DNA of 64,000 nucleotides from Camelus dromedarius (lineage: Eukaryota). Under the pieces are notes generated by a model, which searched no databases, was not told the DNA's origin, and saw only the letters and a program-made list of their open reading frames with translations. Shown one piece after another: positions 51,834 through 64,000 of the stretch. Each line of letters begins with the position of its first letter. Within the stretch, counting starts at the first letter, position 1. The DNA lies in contig NC_087472.1 in the NCBI RefSeq assembly GCF_036321535.1, positions 103,294,001-103,358,000 of the forward strand, read 5' to 3'. The position numbers and the translations under genes were made by a program.

Positions 51834-52659
51834 TTTTTAGAAGATCAAATATATAAAAGTAAGGAGAAGAAAAGAAAACAACCTTTTGGGAAGGGGGACC
51901 AGAAAGACCTAGTTTGGGCTTGAGAAATCTTTCAAGGGGTTGGTTAACAGTTTGTGGTGCAGACCTCTTGTGGACAGGATCAGAGCAGCAAAGGGTACCC
52001 CCACCTGACTATGGGTCCATCGAGGTGGAAGGGTTGTGTTACTTGTTCCTTCTTTTCCCTTGGGGAGGAAAGAACCTGGAACATGGTGCGTGGTAAATAA
52101 ATGCTCGCTGAATGTATAAATCCCTAGTGGTTATTTCAAAAGTTCCATTTCATTATATGTTGAGATTTGTGTACCTCTGTTAAAAAAAAAATAGAAGACT
52201 ATTATCATAAATCAATTTTGCTGAAAATAAGGAATTATTTTTTAAATGTCAGGTAACAAATACCAAGAGGAATCATTCCAAATAGCTAGGGGGTAAAGGA
52301 TGAGAGGGATGAGAAAGGGTGTGAATGTCTCTTATGGGAGATTGTTAACTGATATCTGGAAAATAGTAGCAGGGTTTAATTAGGGTGACTTTTCGCTGTA
52401 GCAGTGCCATTCACTAAACTTTCTCTTACCCTTCTTGACATTACAGACATGACAGTGAACTCCAAAATGATGAAAACCTATGGGTTGTGAAGGCAGGTAT
52501 TCACAGAGGCAGTTTTAAAGCTAAAGTACCTTTTAGTAATAGCCACAAGAAGCGAAAGTAGGACTCCTGTACCTTTGTATCAAGATATAAAATATATAGT
52601 TCAGTTATCAAAGTAGCCAGATGCCCCAGGGCCCCAAACGAAAGGATTTTAAATGATTA

Positions 52660-53531
52660 CGGTAGGCTCCCCTTAGCCTCCGTTTCACTTTCTGTGGTTT
52701 CAGTTACCTGTGGTCAACCATGATCTGAAAATATTAAATGGAAAATTCCAGAAATAAACAATTTATACATTTTAAAGGGCCCGCCTGTTTGAGTAGCGGG
52801 ATAAAATCTCGCGACATCAGCTCTGCCTGCTGTTTTGAGTAGCGGGATGAAATCTCGCGACATCAGCTCTCGTGACGTGAATAGTCTCTGCCCAGCGTGT
52901 CTCGTCAGTTAGTCTCTCAGTGGCCGTGGTTATCAGGCCTGCTGTTGCGGTGTCGCAGTGCTGTGTTCAAATGACATTTATTTACTTAATCTTGGCCCCA
53001 AAGCACAAGAGGAGTGATTCTGGAGATTTGGAAATGCCAGAGAGAAGCCATAAAGTGCTTCTTTTAGGTGAAAAAGTGAAAGCTCTCAACTCCGTAAGGA
53101 AAGGAAAAAAAATCGGATGCTGAGGTGGCCAAGACCCATGGTAAGAACAAATCTTCTATTGGTGAATCTGTGAAGAAGGAAAATTAAATTCATACTAGTT
53201 TTGCTGTCATATCTCAGATTGCAAAAGTTACGGCCACAGTGTGCGATAAGTGCTTAGTTAAGATGGAAAAGGCATTAAAATGTGTACAGTAAGATATTTT
53301 GAGAGAGACCACATTCACATAACTTTTATTATAGTATATTGTTATAATTGTTCTATTTTATTATTAGTTATTGTTGTTAATCTTTTACTGTGCCTAATTT
53401 ATAAATTAAACTATCATAGGTATGTGTGTGTTGGAAAAGACATAGTATATATAGGGTTTGGTATTATCCTTGGTTTCAGGCATCCACTGGGGTCTTGGGA
53501 TGTATCCCCTGTGGATAGAGGGGAACTACTG
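52660..53531. mobile_element. MER44 / Tigger7-derived TcMar DNA transposon
   Basis: TA + CGGTAGGCTCCCCTTAG..GTTTCAGTTACCTGTGGTCAACC..GGAAAATTCCAGAAATAAACAA; far TIR GTGGATAGAGGGGAACTACTG. Confidence 0.85.
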
Positions 53532-53814
53532 AAGAAAGCAGCAATCTAATACAAGATCATGGTTATACTTGAGTTGCGATTGATAATGGTTAAGCATAAG
53601 GAAAAAGGCATTGGGTTATACCTTAGCATCTTTAAAAATTTTCTCTGTGTCACATAGTTAATATATTATTGAATGTTATTTAACTTTAGTTTTATATTTG
53701 TGTACATGATGACATAAAGTCATGCTTCTAATCGGGATATCAGATAACAATTGCATCATTTGGATTGAATTGTGGATCACTTAACGGTGCCCACCATATA
53801 ATGAGGTCCCCCAG

Positions 53815-53985
53815 GGCAGTTCAGACTGAATGTACAGGAACATCTGGGAGCCTGTTAAAAATACAGATTCTCAGGATGCACTCAGACCTGCTGTACCAGG
53901 ATCTCTGAGGTAGTTCCTAAGGAAACTGAGTTTTAATAACCTCTCCATTTGATTCTCATGCAAGCTAAAGATGGAGAACATTGAA
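53815..53985. mobile_element. MER5A fragment
   Basis: CATCTGGGAGCCTGTTAAAAATACAGATTCTCAGG..TGATTCTCATGCA. Confidence 0.7.
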
Positions 53986-54017
53986 ACATGAAGGCAAGTG
54001 TCACCATTTCCATACAT

Positions 54018-54036
54018 TTTAATTAGCATATTTAAT
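54018..54036 (-). terminator. BMX: Candidate BMX polyadenylation signals (two ATTAAA)
   Basis: TTTAAT on + at 54018-54023 and 54031-54036, ~370 nt past the BMX stop. Confidence 0.5.
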
Positions 54037-54402
54037 TACCATGGTAGTGATGATATAAAGAAAACACATATCCAACAAATAATTTTTCAATTCTGTTCAA
54101 TCTTTACACCTGGTACACACCCTCTCTATTTTGCAATCAGAAAATGTGCTTCTGCTATAGGCTGGGAAGAGTAATATTAAGAGCAGCATAAATAAAATTA
54201 TTACTTTGACCTAAATTTCAAGGAAATCTTTTGTTTCCTACCTTGTTCATTTCTAGATACTATAACAGACAAATAGCACACAGAATACCACTAAGAAGAA
54301 TTAGCTAAATTACCATGGCTGTGCTTTGCTACTTCCCTTAAAAAGAATGAAAATGTTGGCCAAGCCTTGTACTCATTCCCATGAGATCTTCTAATTTCTT
54401 CT

Positions 54403-54477
54403 TCAAGGCTTGTCTCTTTCCCGAAGTGGTTCAATGGAAGATAGGAGTTGCTGAAATGTGGGACGCTTTTCTGGAAG
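54403..54477 (-). CDS. BMX: BMX last coding exon
   Basis: TTTATTTAG| LPEKRPTFQQLLSSIEPLRERDKP TGA. Confidence 0.95.
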   Translation of the reverse strand, partial: LPEKRPTFQQLLSSIEPLRERDKP

Positions 54478-54649
54478 CTAAATAAAAGAAAAACCCAATG
54501 GTTGAGTTCATGAAGGTTATGATTCAAAATAAAATATGCAAAATATGTATACTTCAGTCCTAAAGCTAACAACTTTTAAAATGTGGACATTTTATAAACA
54601 TTGTAGACTATAGACATTTCTCGTAAAGGGAAAACAATCAGAGCCCTAA

Positions 54650-56275
54650 GAATTGAAAAAGTATCTTTATTTGATTGCATACCTGGAAAAACCATGAGAA
54701 TTAATGGTAGAATTAACCCAAATAATGGAGGAATTTACTAGGAGAACAGTATATAAAATTAACACACAAAATCAATAGCCTTCCTATATATATACACAAT
54801 AACCAATTAGAAGATACGATGGAAGAGAAAACCCCATTTACAACAGCAACAACACCCAAATAAAATACTGTCAACTGTGTACCGCCCCCAAATGAGGAAA
54901 ACTTTAAAATGCTGCTGAAAAATACAGAGGCAGGGTAGACTTGAACACATAGAAAAACATTGCTTGGCCTTGAATAGGACAAATGAATACAATAAAGATG
55001 ATACATTTCCCAAGTTAAAATACAAACTAAATGCAGTCTTCTCCAAAGCATAAGCAAGTTTATTTCAAATTGAACAAACTGATTCTCTAGTTCATGGATT
55101 TTTAAATATGCCAAGTAGCTAAGAAAACTGTAAAGAAAGATGAGCAATGAGAGGTGCCAGCCTACCTAGTATTAAAACACGTTATACTCTCTGTAATTTA
55201 AACAATGCCATGCTAATGAAAATACTCTCTATGATAATATAATGCTAGATATATGCCACTATATGTTTTTCCAAACCCATAGATTATACAACACCAAGAG
55301 TGAACCCTAATGTAAAGTATGATGGGTGATTATGATGTGTCAACACAAATTCATCTTTTGTAATAAATGTGCCACTCTGGTTGGGGTTGTTGATAATGGG
55401 GGAGGCTGTGCAGGTGTAGAGGCAGGAGTTATAAGGGAAAATCTGTGTACCTTCCTCCCAACTCTGCTGTGAACCTAAAATGGCTCTGAAAAATAATAAA
55501 GTCTAATTTAAAAAGAAAAAATAAAAACAATGCAGTGCTAGCACATGAATAGAGACCAGAGAACAGAAGAGAAAGTCCCAAAATGAACCCAAATACGTAT
55601 TGAAATTTCATATAAGTTCAAGGGGTATTTTGACACTGTTAGATAGTATCTTATCACTGGGGATAATACAGTCTTTTAGTAAGTGGCACTTCAACAACTG
55701 GGTAGTCATTTAGAAAACAAGATCTTTGGATCCATACTTTATTCCATATACCAAAACAAACACACACTCGATCAGAGACTTAAATATAAAAGAATGAAAA
55801 CATAAAAGTGCTAGAGGAAAATCTGCGTGAATACCTGTATAATCTAGATGCGGGAAAAGCCTATCTAACTGTGACTCGGTTTCCAGAGAAATCAAAGCAA
55901 ATAATGATATCATCAACTGCATTTAAAAAAAACTTTTGCATGGAAAAAAACCATCATAAATTAAATCAAAGATAAGTGACAAAATGTGAGAAAATAATTA
56001 TGACATATCAGAGATAGTGTTAATCTCTTGGATTTATAAATTGGGAGCTTTAAAATTGGGAGAGGGGAAACAAAAACCTCATATAAAAAGGGAAAAGACA
56101 TGACAAATAATTCTCAGGAAGATATCCAAATGCTCTTAATAATATACCTCGCTCATAACGAAAGACGAACATAAGAGCTGCACTAAAATGCCATTTCACA
56201 TCTATCAGATTGGGAGGAATTCAGAAGTTTAACAACGGTCTGTGTTGGTGAGATTGCTAGAGGGACAACATCTGC
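54650..56275 (+). mobile_element. Old L1 ORF2/3' fragments in the last BMX intron
   Basis: AAAATTAACACACAAAATCAATAGCCTTCCTATA..CCCCATTTACAACAGCAAC; nested ACAACACCAAGAGTGAACCCTAATGTAAA (L1MC/D-type 3' end). Confidence 0.8.
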
Positions 56276-57004
56276 AGAGATGAATTTGTATTCTCTCTCT
56301 CTCTCTCTTTTTTTAATAAGAAAGAAAGAGAAACACACATATGTACGTGCTCATTTTTGTGCCCAATATAGGAAAGCTAAATCGGAATCTGATGAAAATC
56401 GTGAATTTTTTCCCGGAAGTTGTGAAATAAAATATAAAAAAGAAGGGACACTATTAGATACAAAACACTCACTAAATGCAGAACCTTCAACTGGGGACTG
56501 CATCTGCGCAAACCCCTCTCAATGGATTCTGCCACAATTCATGCACGTTTACTGACCAAGTGTGGGGAGAGCAGGGGTGGTTCTGGGCTTCCACTCAAAA
56601 GCCTTTGTCTGTTCCTCTTCTCTCTCTGACAGGTGACAGCAGTAAACCCTCCTGGTTGTGGGCACTGACAGGTCTCTAACCCAGTCTGACCCTCCAGCAC
56701 CACCTGAGGCTCTCAGCACCTTAGACACTGCATTGAGGGTAAAAGAGTAGGGTAGCCTTAGAGAGTGGTCCAAGAGCCACAGCGTGGGAATCACGAAGTA
56801 TTCCAGGAATAATTTAAAGCTAAAAGATAAAATGTTATTATGTGATGCATTCAGTAACTCTTCCAAAGTGGGACTCCAGGCTCCAACACAAGGAATTAGG
56901 AACTCTTTACAACCTGTGCAGTAATTTATCCCTAGCTCCAAGCATAGTGCCTGGGGTGTAGCTGCTCTATGAATATAACCACTACCACCACCACCACCAC
57001 CACT

Positions 57005-57190
57005 ACTGAGAGCACTTACTGTGTTCTAAGGACTTTATAATATTTTAAACTCATTCAATCCACACAATAATCCTATTGTTAAGTACTATTTTATAGTGAA
57101 GCACAGAGATGTTAGGAGGTTTATACAAGGTCACACAGCTAGCATTCAACCCAGACATTCTGGCTCCAGAGTCCACACGCTTAACCATGA
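57005..57190 (-). mobile_element. MIR SINE
   Basis: GAGCACTTACTGTGTTCTA..CAAGGTCACACAGCTAG..TGGCTCCAGAGTCCA. Confidence 0.8.
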
Positions 57191-57954
57191 CAGCAATCTG
57201 CCTTTTACTAGTGAATGAATGAATGCAGCGTTTGGCCCTTTTGCCAATAAGGCAGCACTGTACAATGGCTATGGGTTTGGGGCTCTTAGATTAATGTTCT
57301 TAAAAGTCCCCTGTTATCACATCATTCTCAAAAGCCTTCAATGGCACCATACTGCCTATGTAAAGCCGAACTTGCCCTCCTCTCCTTGTCATTAAGGCGA
57401 CAAGAATCTGGACCAGACCTACTCTTCCAAATGAATTTTCAGCCCGTCCAACCACTGCTACAGCCAAGCACACCATACTCATTCTTGCCTCCACACCTGT
57501 GCTTGTGCTGGTCAGTCTCACCTGGACACCCTTTAACCCTGTCTCCACCCAGAAACTGAAGGATGCTCTGCAGAGATTGCCTGTCCTGGCTCAGATCATG
57601 ATGCACTGAGGAAGCTGGTCTCCCTCTCCTCTGAGCTCCTCCTGTACTTGTCTATGTTTCTCTTTTGCACACATTATAAACTGCTGGGTGTTTTCAGTCC
57701 TGCAGTGTGTGTGTGTGTGTGTGTAGACTGAGTTCCGGGAGGGCAGAATTGGAGCCTCACACTTCCTTAACATTCCCCTTAGTTCTGTGAACAGAGTAGA
57801 TGCTTCACAAATTAATCCCCTGCATTTCCAGCTCAACATCTATCCCAGAGATACCCTTTGGGAGGCATGGGAAGGGAGGACGGAGTGGTGTCCACTGTGT
57901 TCTCTCCACGTGTTATTTGTTGTCTGGTCCACGTTTTCTACTCGAGGAGGGACC

Positions 57955-58130
57955 CTATAGTGTTGTGGTTGAGGACAGGGACTCTGGCACTAGCCAGCCT
58001 GCCTCTTACTAGCTGTGTGAGCTTGGGCAAGTTGCTTAACCTCTCTGGGTCTCTATTGCCTCTTCTGTTAGTTTAGCTATAATGATCGTGCCTACCTCGT
58101 AGTGTGTCTCCTGATGAATACATGTTAATG
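57955..58130 (+). mobile_element. MIR SINE
   Basis: CTTACTAGCTGTGTGAGCTTGGGCAAGTTGCTTAACCTCTCTG. Confidence 0.8.
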
Positions 58131-58145
58131 CTGATAAATTCCTTA

Positions 58146-58583
<438 letters not shown>

Positions 58584-60323
58584 TCACACGCCAGGTCCGG
58601 GAGGCTCTGGGTCAGAGCCGGGATCCCTGGGGAACGAGTCCTGGCAGAGAGGACAGGATATGGGGAGAGGGCCTGGACCGTCCCTTCTGGAGCCTAGGGT
58701 CCCTTCTCCACGTTCTGAGACCCAGATGCCCAGTCTTGCTGGTAAAGGGGCTGCAGCTGCCTCAGAGAGGAGGTGGCTGGGGCCTTGTTCAACCCCTAGT
58801 GACAACCCCTGCCCCCGATCCAGCCCTTAGCAGGGGTTGATGGAAGTCCTGGCCCTTCCTTTCTCTCTACCTTGGCAACAATTGCACTGCACAATCAATG
58901 ACTTTTTAGTGGAAGTTTACGATAGTATCATTGACAACGTCCCTCCTTTTCATATTGCCCTGGTGGTCTAGACTAAGCTTTGTGAGTCAGGTGTGCTTTT
59001 GAGCATCTGATTAAAACCACTGGCTTTCTCTTGGGAAAGTGAGTGCACAGCATTTTCCTGCTCATTTTTCCTGGAAGTTCACACTCTGCCAATGCCTGTC
59101 CAGGGCGTGTCAGACTAAGAAAAGGTTATGGTCATGGTGGTCATGGGGGTGGTATTGGAGGCCCGTCAGATGTGGCCTTTGAGGCCCAGGTTTGCCGCTT
59201 ATAGGCTGGAGAGGGTTCTAGCCTTCCTCAGCTCGGGTTCTCTATGATCTGCGGATATTTGCCCATCACAGGGTTGCCGTGAGGATTCAGTAGGCTAAAA
59301 TGCACAGAGGACTTAAAAGGGCCCCGGGACATTTGAAGTGCTCTCTAAATGGTGGCCGCTGTTGTGTCGGACTGGCCAAGTCAGAGAATTCCAGCCGTCA
59401 GCCAGCTTCAAAACCTTGTAAGAAGGGAGACAATTGTTCTAGAACCATAACTGAAGTACTTACTTCAAAACTTCTTTGACTTTTAGGGCTGCAGATTTTA
59501 CGTAAAATATTTACACTAAGGCAATATTACGAGTTGTTGTGGCTGTGGGGTTTTTTTTAAACAAATATTCTAAATCAACCATCCAAAAATGTGTTGCCCC
59601 CCTTCACAATTCTCCCTTACTACCGCTTAAAGTATCTGTGGGATTCCTTTTTGAGAATTACTGTCAGAGGTCCCAGTTCATTTTGAATATCCTCACTGGG
59701 AACAAATTATTTAAGAATGAATTTAGTTTTTGGGAACAGCCAGAAAATATCTGGAGCCAACTTCTGGCACATAAGGTGAGTTAAAACCAGCTATAACTAT
59801 TGAGTACAAATACTGATTTTTAAAAATATCTTTCATAAGGCATAGCAATTGATTCAAAGAGACTGAAACTAATTTTGACAAGTTCATCAGCACAAAATGA
59901 CACCAAGTATTCACCAAAATGCTCTCTGTGGTTTTTCCTTTTTCTACATACATCAGATTGTTTTTTCCAGTGAACAATACCACTTTTATAGAAAGAATAT
60001 ATATATATTTTTAAATTGTGACATAGAGAAATAAATGGCTAAATTTTCATTTTTGCCAGCAGTCATGGACGTCATGGAGAAAGTCAGATTGTGCTTATGG
60101 ACTAAGACAGGCATGAAATAGTTCTCAGTTGTATCTAATATATTCCATAACTTTATGATAATTTGGGTTATTTATCCCAGACCCATCTGACAGTGATTGT
60201 AAACAAGCTTGACATTTCTTCTGATGTAGAAAAATAGCAGAAAATCTACAAAATCACAATTTAAGAATTATCTCTTGTTTTCTAATTGCCTTTACTAAAT
60301 TTCAGTGTAGATCTTTGATAAAA

Positions 60324-60535
60324 CAGGGGTCAGCACACTCCTTCTATAAAGGGCACACTCCTTTCTATAAATAGTCACTATTCTAGGCTTTGAGGGTCAT
60401 GCAGTCTCTCTGGTGACTGCTGTGTGGCATAAAGTCATCCAAAGATAATACACCAACAGTACGTGTAAAGGGTACAGCTGCGCTTTAATAAAACGAAGTT
60501 TGCAGAAACAGGCCACCGGATTTGCTGACCCCCGA
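60324..60535 (+). mobile_element. MER58A DNA transposon
   Basis: CAGGGGTCAGCA..AAAGGGC..CTAGGCTTTGAGGGTCAT..AATAAAAC..TTTGCTGACCCC. Confidence 0.75.
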
Positions 60536-60955
60536 TCTAAATGATGCCTTTTAACGAGGACACTAGTTAAAACTGGAATGAGCCACAGAAAGTGCTGAGT
60601 CATGTTTGTTGTCTCCACCAGGCGTGCCCCACAAACTGGTCGCTTTAGAAGGGAATGGTTATCACGCCACTTCCATGCAGAGAGTCAATGACTTCACTTT
60701 AAGCCCTTCCACATTTTGTACTTTGTGCAAACTCAGTTTTAATTTTCTGTCACTACTTTTAAAAAACTGTTTGAAATCTTCACAGTGGGAAAGCTTTGAT
60801 CCCTTCTGACTTTATGAGAAGGTGCTAGCAGGAGGCAAATTGTACAGAAAGTGGCAGACACCCTAACACTGATGCAAGGTCACCATCGTCATCTTCAACT
60901 CCTTGCTTGTCTCTGGCCTTACGGGTCATTTTGTAAGTGCTCCGAGCTTTTGCTA

Positions 60956-61336
<381 letters not shown>

Positions 61337-61779
61337 TTAGCTAGAGGCTGCTTACGACTTTTCAGCATTTAAAAAATGATATCTAACTTTGAAAGTACCA
61401 AAATCTGAATGCAAAATGTGGTAAATTGAGAAAAATACAAAAATATAAAAATAAAATCAGTTAGAATCCCACCCCAAAGATAACCTGTAGTTCTGCCACT
61501 CAGGGTTCTTTTTTGCTTGTGCTTTCCAATCTTTTTTTCTGTCTATAATTTGAACAAAATTGAGTTTCTATTGTGCTGAGGTTAGCTTTTATTTTTCCTT
61601 TAATAGCATATCGAGAACACTTCCCCCAGGGTCACATTTTCTTCTGCAGCGTCATGTTTAATGGCTGAATAGTATTCCCGCCTATGGATTAACATAGTTT
61701 GTTTAACTGTGTCAATTACTTCTAATCTTCTGCTGTTGTAAACAATGATAGATGACAATACCCTACAAAGATATCAAGA

Positions 61780-62200
61780 CCATAAAAATATATGTTCAGA
61801 GGTATGCAGTACACTTTTGTTTATAATAATGATAAAGATGGAAGCAACCTCAATGTGCACATGCTGAAGGGTGATTAAATATAATATGGTGCATTAACAG
61901 AATTGTATGCAGCCATGAAAAAGATGAGCCAGCTCTACATTTACTAAAATAGAAAGATGCCTATAGTTTATAGTTGTATGCAAAAGCATGTGTATATAAT
62001 GATTCCACTTTTGTGAGAACAAACAGTAAATGTACATATCTGTGTCTATGACTGGGCATGTTTAGGAATCAGGTATGGAAGGACGGCCACCAAGTGTGTC
62101 AGCCATAGTTACTCCTAGTGCTAAAAAGGTGAAGGAAGGGGGTAGATTCTACCTTTTACTTTATACACCATTGCTGTATTTCTTATACTAAGCATACTAC
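61780..62200 (+). mobile_element. Old L1 (L1ME-type) 3' fragment
   Basis: GGAAGCAACCTCAATGT..TGATTAAATATAATGG..TATGCAGCCATGAAAAAGATG. Confidence 0.65.
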
Positions 62201-63584
62201 TTATATAATTAACAGAGGAAAAGCCTATATATTTGCCCACAGAAAACCAAATAAATAATGACTATTAAGAGAAAAATGAAAATTATGGAAACCAAAGTTT
62301 TGGATATAATTTATAAGAAAACTTTAGATAGCAAAATATGTTAGAAATATTGACTGTAGTTTAAAATAGCTGAAAAAGCTGGTATGGCAAATCAGTCTTT
62401 GAAATATTAATAATAGTAATAATAAATAATGCTTTCACGGGATTACATACAGCACCTTCCATACCTCCCTCCCAGGCCCCCGCAGCTCCTCAGACACCAC
62501 CAGACACTCACAGACTACCCTGACACCCCCCACTGGGGTCTGCTCATGGCATAAACCTTCCTTCAGATCATCAGGACCAAGTGAGACAACAGGCATCTGA
62601 CTGATGTGACCACAGAGCTTCATGATCATTGGGGCTTGGTGCCTGGCCTCCAGGATCCCTATTCAGGGCAAGACCTGTGGCCCCCTTTTCCTAAGCTGCT
62701 GGACACTGTATTCCCTGAATGCTGGCAGAGTAGCCAATATTCCTGCTTTGAGAACAAGGTGGGATCACTTCCCTTGTCCTGGGAGCTTCTCCCTGCCCTC
62801 AGGAGCTGTGAGCAGCTTTTCCTCTTGTGCTCAGGAGAGCCACACATTTGGAGTGTCAGTGTAGGAGAGCCAGTGGATGGTGTTTGGGGTGATGGCAGCA
62901 CACAGGTAAAGAGGCTCCCTGTCAATGCTAAAGGGTCCCAGAAGAGGAGCAGCTTCTAATCGTGAATTTTAGAGAAGGCTTAAAACAACAGGTCTTCCTC
63001 TGGTGTTTTAGGACTATGTTTGCTAAATATAGAGCTGGCTTTGGTCAGGTCTTCAAATCTTTGTGAAACTGCATTATCCCTCCTCAGCGTTCCACGAGTT
63101 TACATTGAGTCGGCACAACTTTACAGCTGTATTTTGTCTCCGTGGCTGGGGTGTCGACTTGCCCTCTAGACTAAACTGTGGGCACTGAGGGCAGGGGCTA
63201 TCCCATTTATTCCAGTATCTCCCACAGGGCCTAGGCATTTTAGTAGGCACTCCGTAAGTGTTTGCCAAGTGGAAAGGCCACCGTGTTATGTCTTCATTTC
63301 CTATGTAAAACCATGAAAATCGGCTCTGAGGCTTAAATAGTATGAGGATTCAGAGTTAAGTAAATGGAAGACTCTTCTAAACTGCTATCAGAATCAAAAT
63401 AATTTCTCAAATCCTGAAGTGTTTATAGAATGCTCACCAAGAGAATCTGAGTTTTCTTTCATGTCTTACCTGATGACACATAAAATTTAATAACACGACA
63501 ACCAAAAATTTCCTAGTGTTAATGCTCTAGCCGTTTGAACATATAGTATTAAGAAGAAAAAAACCCAGAAAGGACTAAAGGAGC

Positions 63585-63770
63585 CACACACACACACACA
63601 CATACACATACATACATAATTATGTGTGTATATATATATATTTATGTGTGAGAGTATGTGTGTATATATACATATATAAAATAGCATTGAGTGTGTGTGT
63701 GTGTGTGTGTATACACACACACACACACACACTCAATGCTATTATATTGTATATAACAGTACGATATATA
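63585..63770. repeat. Compound (CA)/(TA)/(GT) microsatellite containing a perfect 64-bp palindrome
   Basis: Direct reading; palindrome 63680-63743. Confidence 0.9.
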
Positions 63771-64000
63771 TAGTCACAGACATACACACTCAGTCAAGGC
63801 TCCTTTAGCCTTTTCTGTTTGGGTTTTTTTTTTTCTGGCTGTAACGTTATATTTGAATATTTAGGATCTTTCATGGAATTTATTTGTAAGGTCAGCAAAA
63901 TATTTATCAAGGTGTCAAAAGAACTAAAAGGGACTTGGGATAATTTCTGAAGAACAATGCCATCTTACAGGCAAAGAAATGAGATGAAACATATTTCACA

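Noticed and set aside
56410..56418. Perfect GAS motif TTCCCGGAA in the BMX intron (and other isolated TTCnnnGAA)
   Set aside because: A 6-base-specified motif is expected many times by chance in 64 kb; no supporting context.
63460..63480. Minus-strand consensus donor CAG|GTAAGA as a further BMX exon
   Set aside because: Upstream sequence does not encode the expected AARNCLV..DFG kinase segment; that exon appears to lie outside the window.

Overview
Mammalian X-linked ACE2 locus, very likely from a camelid (Camelus-like ACE2 sequence plus a camelid Vic-1-type tRNA-derived SINE). The + strand carries a complete, intact ACE2 gene. It has an upstream non-coding exon (~12271-12451), an HNF1/FOXA-motif proximal promoter, and 18 coding exons (13207-49513) that I spliced by hand into a 2418-nt, 805-aa ORF with all GT-AG introns, ending at an AATAAA at 50352. 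Convergent with it on the - strand are the last three coding exons of the Tec-family kinase BMX, whose final intron uses a GC donor. The rest is typical eutherian interspersed repeats (L1, L2, CR1/L3, MIR, MER20, MER5, MER58, MER44, MLT1, LTR16-like, one ERV1/MER41-like solo LTR). The most unexpected element is a heavily decayed, internally deleted Ty3/gypsy (sushi-ichi/PEG10-Mart-like) retroelement fossil about 8-10 kb upstream of ACE2 (~3375-5580). Its gag, protease, RT-start, RNase H-end and integrase motifs lie in the correct order. Repeat family names and comparisons to human or other species are from memory, not database searches. Repeat boundaries are approximate unless TSDs or termini are given.
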